Shown here in pieces: positions 57,499 through 64,000 of a stretch of 64,000 bases of DNA. The DNA is from Patescibacteria group bacterium (lineage in GTDB: Bacteria; Patescibacteriota; Microgenomatia; UBA8517). Within the stretch, counting starts at the first letter, position 1; each line of letters begins with the position of its first letter. A model generated the notes under the pieces. It saw only the letters and a list, made by a program, of their open reading frames with translations. It ran no database searches and had not been told where the DNA came from. Location of the stretch: contig JBGSJG010000008.1 in assembly GCA_041742135.1 (NCBI GenBank), positions 96,518 to 160,517 on the forward strand. The letters run 5' to 3'. A program made the position numbers and the translations under genes.

Positions 57499-58614
57499 AT
57501 GGCTGCCAGACGAAAGAAAAATTTTCGATTCAAAACTCAAAACACTGGTGTCTTCGATAGACAACTATTTTGGCTTACGGTGCTTCTAACAGTTATTGGC
57601 CTTCTTGCAGTCTCTGATGCTTCGGGACCTCAAGCTATGGCAGCTTTTGGCAGCCCTTTTTATTTTGCACGGCAACAGATTATGTGGGCGGTGGTTGGTT
57701 TTGTTGGCCTTATTGTTGCTTCTCGAATTCATTATTCTTATTGGAAGAAAGTGGCTTTTATAATCGGCATATCAGCAGTTATTTTACTACTGGTAGTTCT
57801 GATCCCGGGAGTTGGCACGAAAGCTTTGGGGGCACGCAGGTGGCTTAATCTTGGGCCAATGGCGCTTCAGCCTTCAGAAGTTGCCAAGTTTGCAGTCATA
57901 GTAGTCATTGCACGTCTCTTGGACGAAAAATACCCGTTTAAATATCCAGTGGCTCTAATCGGGGGGATTAGCATGCTTGTAATGCTTCAGCCAGATTTGG
58001 GAACGACGATTGTAATTGCGGGAGCTGGCCTATTGCAACTATTTGTCGGCGGAATGCCCCTGGCTTCTTTGTTTGCTACTATTGCCTCGGGAGCAGTTGC
58101 AACTGGATTTCTAATTTTGACTTCCGAGTATCGCCGCGCGCGCCTTATGACTTTTTTGGAAAGCGGCAGTGATCCATTGGGAAACTCGTATCATATGAAG
58201 CAAATCTTGATAGCACTTGGATCGGGAGGTTTATTTGGTGTAGGTATTGGCCAATCACGCCAAAAACACCTTTTTTTGCCTGAAAGTGCAAGCGATTCGA
58301 TTTTTGCGGTTGTCGCTGAAGAAACAGGTTTTGTTGGCGCTGCTCTTCTTGTTATTCTTTTGGCTTATTTTATTATTAAAATCTTGAAAGTGGCGGTTAA
58401 TGCACCTGACAATTTTTCCAAATTACTAGCCTCGGGGATTGCCATTTGGTTATGTCTTCAGATGTTTCTTAATATCTCTTCTGTTGTTGCAGTTACACCT
58501 TTGACTGGCATTCCACTTCCATTTTTTAGTTATGGAGGCTCAAGCCTTGTGATGATTCTCTTCGGAGTGGGTATAATACTAAATATCTCCCGCTATGCCA
58601 AAGACAAAAAATAA
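57499..58614 (+). CDS. ftsW: SEDS family peptidoglycan polymerase FtsW
   Basis: 'GARRWL', 'QPSE.AK', 'QPDLGT', 'GSGG..G.G', 'P.TGIPLPFFSYGGSS'. Confidence 0.93.
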   Translation: MAARRKKNFRFKTQNTGVFDRQLFWLTVLLTVIGLLAVSDASGPQAMAAFGSPFYFARQQIMWAVVGFVGLIVASRIHYSYWKKVAFIIGISAVILLLVVLIPGVGTKALGARRWLNLGPMALQPSEVAKFAVIVVIARLLDEKYPFKYPVALIGGISMLVMLQPDLGTTIVIAGAGLLQLFVGGMPLASLFATIASGAVATGFLILTSEYRRARLMTFLESGSDPLGNSYHMKQILIALGSGGLFGVGIGQSRQKHLFLPESASDSIFAVVAEETGFVGAALLVILLAYFIIKILKVAVNAPDNFSKLLASGIAIWLCLQMFLNISSVVAVTPLTGIPLPFFSYGGSSLVMILFGVGIILNISRYAKDKK

Positions 58615-59704
58615 TTTAGTTTTAACCGGTGGCCACGCAGCAACAACTGCTATGGCTTTGGTCGAAGCTCTCAAAGAAAAACTGTCCAAGAACGCAACAA
58701 TATCGTGGATAGGAACAAAAAATGCTGTGGAAGGGAAAAAGGGCCTCACCTTGGAATTTAAAACTTTTCATGCTTTGGGAATTAACTGCTATGCAATTAC
58801 AACAGGAAGAGTGCAGAGGAAGTTCACAAGACATACAATCTTTTCGCTTTTAAAAATTCCTTTGGGTTTTGTCCATGCTTTGTGGCTAATATTAAAAATT
58901 CGTCCTGACGCGATTGTTTCATTTGGAGGTTTTGCTGCTTTCCCTGTTGTTGTGTGGGGCAGGCTATTGGGCGTGCCTGTGGTGATACACGAGCAGACAA
59001 CGGCAATTGGTATGGCCAATAAATATTCAGTACCATTTGCTGCTAAAGTCGCAATTTCTCGTGACGAGAGCCGCAAGTATTATCCCAAAAATAAAATAGT
59101 TCTCACAGGCAATCCTGTGCGTAAGGCCTTTTTTGAAATTCCTGCAAAAGCTAAAATGGCCGTGCCACCAACAATATATGCAACTGGAGGCTCGCGTGGG
59201 TCTCAGAATTTTAATGCAAAGCTGCTTGAAATTTTGCCAAGCGTTCTTGATGAGTTTAAAGTAATCCACCAATGTGGCGATTTTGATTATGAATTATTTA
59301 CGACCTTTAAAGATTCACTTATGGGATTCAAAAAAGATCACTATGAAGTTCATTCTACTATCGACCCACTCAAAGTCCCACAAATACTTAAAATTGCCGA
59401 CATTGTCATTGGGCGTGCAGGGGCCAATACCGTCTCTGAGGTAATCGCCGCGCGCCGGCCAGCAATTTTTATCCCCATCCCTTGGAGCCAAAATGACGAG
59501 CAGACCAAAAATGCCAAACTTATGGAGGCTGAAGGCATGGCGATTGTTCTTAATCAAAACGATATGAGCTCGGAATCATTTTTGAAAGCAATACACCAAA
59601 TTAAGGCTGATTATGGAAAGTACGCACTTCACAGCGATTCGGATTTGCGTGAACTGGATCGACAGGCCGCAGAAAAACTAGCGCTCTTGGCATTATCACT
59701 ATGA
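58595..59704 (+). CDS. murG: Lipid II GlcNAc transferase MurG
   Basis: 'TGGH', 'FGGF', 'HEQ', 'TGNPVR', 'GGSRGS', 'RAGANT..E', 'EQTKNA'. Confidence 0.93.
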   Translation: MPKTKNNLVLTGGHAATTAMALVEALKEKLSKNATISWIGTKNAVEGKKGLTLEFKTFHALGINCYAITTGRVQRKFTRHTIFSLLKIPLGFVHALWLILKIRPDAIVSFGGFAAFPVVVWGRLLGVPVVIHEQTTAIGMANKYSVPFAAKVAISRDESRKYYPKNKIVLTGNPVRKAFFEIPAKAKMAVPPTIYATGGSRGSQNFNAKLLEILPSVLDEFKVIHQCGDFDYELFTTFKDSLMGFKKDHYEVHSTIDPLKVPQILKIADIVIGRAGANTVSEVIAARRPAIFIPIPWSQNDEQTKNAKLMEAEGMAIVLNQNDMSSESFLKAIHQIKADYGKYALHSDSDLRELDRQAAEKLALLALSL

Positions 59705-60357
59705 AAAGAAAAATTGGCGCAGCAGTTCTTGTCCTCGTAATCATAATTTTGAGTTTAGTTTTTTTGTCAAAGGCATTTACGATTAATTCGATTCAATGCA
59801 CGAGCGAAGGCTCTTGTGATGGTGAGGTTGTAGGTTTACTGGAATCTCAGAAAGGCAAAAACTATTTTGCAGCCAAAAAAAGCTTAGGCGACTCCTTGTC
59901 CTCGCACCCAAAAGTTGAAAGTTACGAGATTCATTTTGCTGTTCCTTCTACTTTAAGCCTTTCTTTAATTCAAAAAAAAGAGGCCTTTGGTTTAAAGTTT
60001 GCTCAAAATCGCTATCTTTTGTTTGACGAAGATGCAAGCCTTATTGGTGAGTCGGAAAGTACCGATCTGCCTTACGCCACAGTTTTGGGAGTTCCCCTTG
60101 ATAACGAGTTAGTTTTTGGGGTTAAATTAATGCTTGAGTTGGTTAAGTACTATGGAGCAGAAAATATGAGAGTGGACAAAAATGGCTTTTACGCGGTTTT
60201 GCCAAACCGTGGAGAAGTAACGTTTCCGCTTTCGGGAGACGTGGACGTCGTTTTGGGCTCTTTAGAGGCTGTTCTTTCACAGTTGAATCGCTCGCCGCAA
60301 AATCATACAATTACGATAGATCTACGGTATAAAAATCCAGTAGTTTATGGAATATGA
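59701..60357 (+). CDS. ftsQ: FtsQ/DivIB-like cell division protein
   Basis: TM + POTRA-like region, C-terminal 'IDLRYKNPVV'; upstream of ftsA. Confidence 0.75.
   Translation: MKRKIGAAVLVLVIIILSLVFLSKAFTINSIQCTSEGSCDGEVVGLLESQKGKNYFAAKKSLGDSLSSHPKVESYEIHFAVPSTLSLSLIQKKEAFGLKFAQNRYLLFDEDASLIGESESTDLPYATVLGVPLDNELVFGVKLMLELVKYYGAENMRVDKNGFYAVLPNRGEVTFPLSGDVDVVLGSLEAVLSQLNRSPQNHTITIDLRYKNPVVYGI
60283..60311 (+). promoter_or_regulatory. ftsA promoter within ftsQ
   Basis: TTGAAT-17-TACAAT. Confidence 0.5.
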
Positions 60358-61634
60358 ATAAATCTCGGTTAATCGCAGGTGTAGATATTGGCTCTTCAAA
60401 AATAACCACGCTAATTGCTCAAGTGGTTGTGGAAGAAATTACGCAGGATACTTCTGTAAACATTATTGGTGTTTCAAATACCAACTCAAAAGGCGTTAAA
60501 AAGGGCCAGATTGTAGACATTGAGGAGGCCGTGGAGGCAATTATCGCTTCAGTCGAAGCCGCTGAGCGCATGGCGGGGTTTAACTTGGACCGAGCTTTCA
60601 TTTCTGTCGGTGGGGCACATGTCGCTTCCCAAAACTCAAAGGGTGTTGTGGCGGTGTCGAGCAGTAACGGTGAAGTTAACGATGAAGATATTGCGCGCGT
60701 TATTGATGCCGCTCGAGCTGTGAGCCATCCCGCATCTCGTGAAATTATCCATGTAATCCCCAGAGAATTTATCGTTGATGGCGAGGCGGGTGTGCGAGAC
60801 CCAGTTGGCATGAGCGGAGTCCGTCTTGAAGTGGAAACTCATATTGTTACTGCCAGCTCAGCCGCGCTTAAGAATTTAAGTAAAAGTGTAAACGAAGTGG
60901 GGATTGAAGTTGACGAAATGGTGTTCGCCGGGCTTGCGAGTAGCTACGCAACTCTAACACCAACAGAAAAAGAGCTTGGCTGCGCGTTAATTGATATTGG
61001 GGCTGGAACAACTTCTATTGCTGCATTTGTGGACGGAGCCTTGGCATATTCGGGGTCCCTCCCTGTTGGGGCCAGAAACGTAACTAACGATTTGGCCATA
61101 GGCCTTCGAGTTTCTTTGGATAACGCCGAAAAAATAAAACTAAGTTTAAATAAAAAATCCAAACTTACAGACAATCATGGAAAAGAAATTGTGGAGATTG
61201 AAGAAACAGGAAGTGAAGATCCTAAGAAAATATCAAAGCGAACTATCACGGAGGGGATAATTAAGCCTCGCTTGAATGAAATATTTTCGATGGTGAAAAG
61301 TGATTTGGATAAGGCGGGACTGATTAATAAAATCCCTTCAGGTGCGATTCTTACTGGTGGTGGGGCAATGACTTTGGGAGTCGAAGAAGCGGCAAAGCGA
61401 ATTCTATCCCTTCCTACTCGCGTGGCAATTCCGGGCGGAGTTCGAGGACTAATTGATGATATCGAGGATCCACGTTTTGCGACGGCTGTAGGACTTATTT
61501 TGTACGGCCTGTCTCAGGGTGATGTTGGTAAGAAAAAAAGCCCGATGCCGTCACTTCCAAAGAAGATGAAATTGCCCGGTGGAGGAGGAGCTCTCAACAA
61601 AATTATCGAATCAATTCGCGATCTTCTGCCTTGA
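60354..61634 (+). CDS. ftsA: Cell division protein FtsA
   Basis: 'DIGSSKI', 'AERMAG', 'P.GMSGVRLE', 'DIGAGTT', 'LTGGG'. Confidence 0.96.
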   Translation: MNKSRLIAGVDIGSSKITTLIAQVVVEEITQDTSVNIIGVSNTNSKGVKKGQIVDIEEAVEAIIASVEAAERMAGFNLDRAFISVGGAHVASQNSKGVVAVSSSNGEVNDEDIARVIDAARAVSHPASREIIHVIPREFIVDGEAGVRDPVGMSGVRLEVETHIVTASSAALKNLSKSVNEVGIEVDEMVFAGLASSYATLTPTEKELGCALIDIGAGTTSIAAFVDGALAYSGSLPVGARNVTNDLAIGLRVSLDNAEKIKLSLNKKSKLTDNHGKEIVEIEETGSEDPKKISKRTITEGIIKPRLNEIFSMVKSDLDKAGLINKIPSGAILTGGGAMTLGVEEAAKRILSLPTRVAIPGGVRGLIDDIEDPRFATAVGLILYGLSQGDVGKKKSPMPSLPKKMKLPGGGGALNKIIESIRDLLP

Positions 61635-61658
61635 CGTTTAGTATCAATCTGCTACACT
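61631..61658 (+). promoter_or_regulatory. ftsZ promoter
   Basis: TTGACG-16-TACACT with an extended TGc; overlaps the ftsA stop. Confidence 0.55.
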
Positions 61659-61674
61659 GCCGTTAAGATTAACT

Positions 61675-62847
61675 ATGGCACTCGTTAAACCCGATGCTTC
61701 AAGACTTGCCAAAATTAAAGTTGTTGGAGTAGGTGGTGGAGGAGGAAATGCCGTAGGCTCCATGGTAGCTGGCAACGAAATTTCAGGTGTTGAGTTTATT
61801 GTGTTAAACACAGATGCTCAGGTGCTTCTCGCAAATGCAGCTCCGACAAAACTTCAAATTGGTGAAAAGCTCACTCGAGGTCTGGGAGTAGGTGGCAATC
61901 CTGAAGTGGGAGGCCAAGCCGCAGAAGAATCCGCAGAAAAAATTAAAGAAATATTAGTAGACTCTGATATGGTTTTTGTTACTGCTGGTATGGGTGGGGG
62001 AACAGGAACTGGAGCCTCGCCCGTTATTGCACGAATGGCCCGAGAAGCTGGGGCACTGACCGTTGCTATTGTGACAAAGCCATTTGCCTTCGAAGGGGCA
62101 CGCAGGCAACTTCTGGCAGAAGAGGGAATCGAACAACTTCGCGAAGAAGTCGACACTCTCATTGTTATTCCAAATCAGCGACTTATGGATGTCATTGACC
62201 GAAAAATGACTTTGGTTGAAGCGTTTAAGGTAGCCGATGGAGTCTTGGGCCAAGCAGTTACAGGAATTGCTGAAATTATAACCACTCCGGGATTAGTCAA
62301 CGTAGACTTTGCCGATGTTAAGACAATCATGAAAGACGCTGGCTCGGCACTTTTGGGAATTGGTCAGGGAGTTGGCGAAAATCGAGCTCAGATGGCAGCG
62401 CGTGCTGCTGTATCTTCTCCGCTTTTGGATCTTTCAATTGATGGTGCTCGTGGAGTCTTGTTTAATATTTCAGGCGGCCCAGACATGACAATGTTTGAGG
62501 TTGATGAAGCGGCTCGAATAATTTCAAGCTCCGCTGATCCCGATGCAAATATTATTTTTGGATCAGTCATCAAAGAAGATCTTGCAGATCAGGTGAAAAT
62601 TACAGTTATCGCTACAGGTTTTGATGAAACTCAGGCGAGAATAAGCAAGATGCATAAAGGTGAAGTTCTCCCGGAGCCAGCTCCTCGATTCCAAGGGGTG
62701 GTAAGCGAAAGCCCGAAAGAGGAAGACCGTTTGGCTCAAGAGCAAAAACCGCAAGAACAAGTTTATGCGGCCGCAGAAGAGGCGGAGGAAACCGATGACT
62801 CGGGAGAAGACTTCGACATCCCGGCATTTTTAAGAAAGGTACACTAA
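61675..62847 (+). CDS. ftsZ: Cell division protein FtsZ
   Basis: 'GVGGGGGNA', 'GMGGGTGTG', 'NVDFADV', C-terminal 'DIPAFLRK'. Confidence 0.98.
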   Translation: MALVKPDASRLAKIKVVGVGGGGGNAVGSMVAGNEISGVEFIVLNTDAQVLLANAAPTKLQIGEKLTRGLGVGGNPEVGGQAAEESAEKIKEILVDSDMVFVTAGMGGGTGTGASPVIARMAREAGALTVAIVTKPFAFEGARRQLLAEEGIEQLREEVDTLIVIPNQRLMDVIDRKMTLVEAFKVADGVLGQAVTGIAEIITTPGLVNVDFADVKTIMKDAGSALLGIGQGVGENRAQMAARAAVSSPLLDLSIDGARGVLFNISGGPDMTMFEVDEAARIISSSADPDANIIFGSVIKEDLADQVKITVIATGFDETQARISKMHKGEVLPEPAPRFQGVVSESPKEEDRLAQEQKPQEQVYAAAEEAEETDDSGEDFDIPAFLRKVH

Positions 62848-62883
62848 AAATATTTTATTCTTTCAGTTATTACTGATACAATA

Positions 62884-63921
62884 ATGAGAGGAAAGGAATA
62901 TGAAGAGCAAATGCCGGACATTCACGATCAACGCGGAGATCTTTTTAGAGTCGAGAGTACAATTTATGCTACGACCGAAGCAAATAAAAGGCTGGCTGAC
63001 TTATATCCGCAAGTAACTCCTGAAACACCATTAGTACTTGATGCTTACGAGAGAAGGGAAATTGCTCATGTCTCAGTAGCCTTGAATGAAAGTCCTCAAC
63101 TGTTAAGACGAGTCGTAACTGATGCCCTCACTTATGCTACGAATCCTGAAGACACGGCATTTTGTCGACATGGGGCGGAGGACCACGCGGTATTTGATGA
63201 AGCCGTAGAAAGGGTCAAAGATAGTGTTGGAGACGGAACTGCCAATTTTTCAGTTCAGTCGCATAAGGTTGAAGCTAGGACAGAAATTGGCCCTTAGTCC
63301 ATCGAAGTACAAAGAGTTGTAATAGAATCAGAGGCTAAAAATCGCTCAGCTTTTATACCTCGGGCATCTAGCCTTGGTGAAGCTGTAGCTAAAGAATCGG
63401 ATATAAAGATGAAGGCAAGGCGACTCCGTGCTTTGGCTGAAGATGAAGGTGTAGCGCAAGCAATGCTGACCGCAACTTATTCGGGATTAAGTATTGACGA
63501 AACCTTTGACATATTTGCTGAACCGAACTTCCAGCGCAAGATGAAAGAGGCTAGAGTTCGTATCCCAACGCGCAATCGACAAGGAGATGCTTCAGTATTA
63601 AAGAATTTGCGCGATTCTTTGGTGGTTGTTACGTCTGCAGGCGTGTTTCCGAAATACAGCCTAGAAGCGTTTTCGAATGGGCTATCAACACTAGAGCAAG
63701 GTAGGTATATTACTCCTGAAGAGGCTAGGACTCTCTTTGTTCCAGATCGCGTAGATAAGATCGCCAGAGGACGAGCAGTTTTTTCTGGGCTAAGTGAGGC
63801 GGCGCAAAGAGGAATTGGGCCTAAATTACATTCCGTGGCACGCGTAAATTATTTGTCTGAAAGAAGTAATATTATTACGACAAATTTAGTTACAGGTTAT
63901 TTGTTAGTTGAACCAAATTAG
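62884..63921 (+). pseudogene. Hypothetical ~345-codon gene interrupted by one in-frame TAG (63295-63297)
   Basis: ORFs 62884-63297 and 63409-63921 share a frame and the 37 intervening codons contain no stop. Confidence 0.55.
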
Positions 63922-63963
63922 TTTTCTTTTTCATTAATAACTGGATTAGTGTAGAATAGCCTC

Positions 63964-64000
63964 ATGGGTTCTAAGATAAAACCATATTTTGATCCAGTAG
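63964..64000 (+). CDS. Start of a gene truncated by the window end (MGSKIKPYFDPV...)
   Basis: TAGAAT 6 nt upstream of the ATG, open to the window end. Confidence 0.45.
   Translation, partial: MGSKIKPYFDPV

Noticed and set aside
150-62827. Numerous 60-140-aa ORFs overlapping or antisense to long genes in the ORF track
   Set aside because: Shadow frames of well-supported genes, with no motifs or start signals
62848-62883. Intrinsic terminator after ftsZ
   Set aside because: Only an AT palindrome (AAAATATTTT), no GC stem
1-64000. Alternative genetic code (TGA=Gly as in Gracilibacteria, or TAG recoding)
   Set aside because: Conserved genes end at the expected lengths with TGA (ftsA, murE, mraY) and TAG (recO, ddl); only one internal TAG was seen
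1-64000. rRNA, tRNA, CRISPR array, transposase or integrase
   Set aside because: Intergenic gaps are tiny; no cloverleaf, spaced repeat array or recombinase motifs were seen

Overview
Gene-dense bacterial chromosome segment, standard genetic code (TAA, TAG and TGA all end conserved genes). Gene content suggests Patescibacteria/CPR, probably Microgenomates (inference from the many GT-C genes, DUF4012, alpha2-type GlyRS, short RecO and lack of SD motifs). 1-42 kb is a large surface-glycan locus: an Arn-like lipid-linked-sugar block, a Wzm/Wzt ABC-export arm with methyltransferases, GT2/GT4/GT-C enzymes, a ligase/polymerase, ManC, a priming transferase and DUF4012. 42-63 kb holds recO, glyS and a rearranged dcw cluster: mraZ-rsmH-ftsL-ftsI-murA-murC/murB fusion-murE-ddl, an inverted membrane-type murF + alpha/beta hydrolase pair, then mraY-ftsW-murG-ftsQ-ftsA-ftsZ, with no murD. 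Best candidate for an undescribed system: a ~4.2 kb islet (18.1-22.3 kb) bracketed by identical 33-bp direct repeats and ending in a chimeric GT32/wzt scar. It encodes a pyruvyltransferase-family protein and two divergent QueC-fold PP-loop enzymes, one a diverged MurL epimerase homologue. Other items: an unannotated 55-aa coiled-coil microprotein, an in-frame palindromic insert in a GT4, recurrent leaderless promoters, and an ORF split by a single in-frame TAG. No rRNA, tRNA, CRISPR, transposase or integrase was seen. All assignments are from motif recognition by eye, not database searches.
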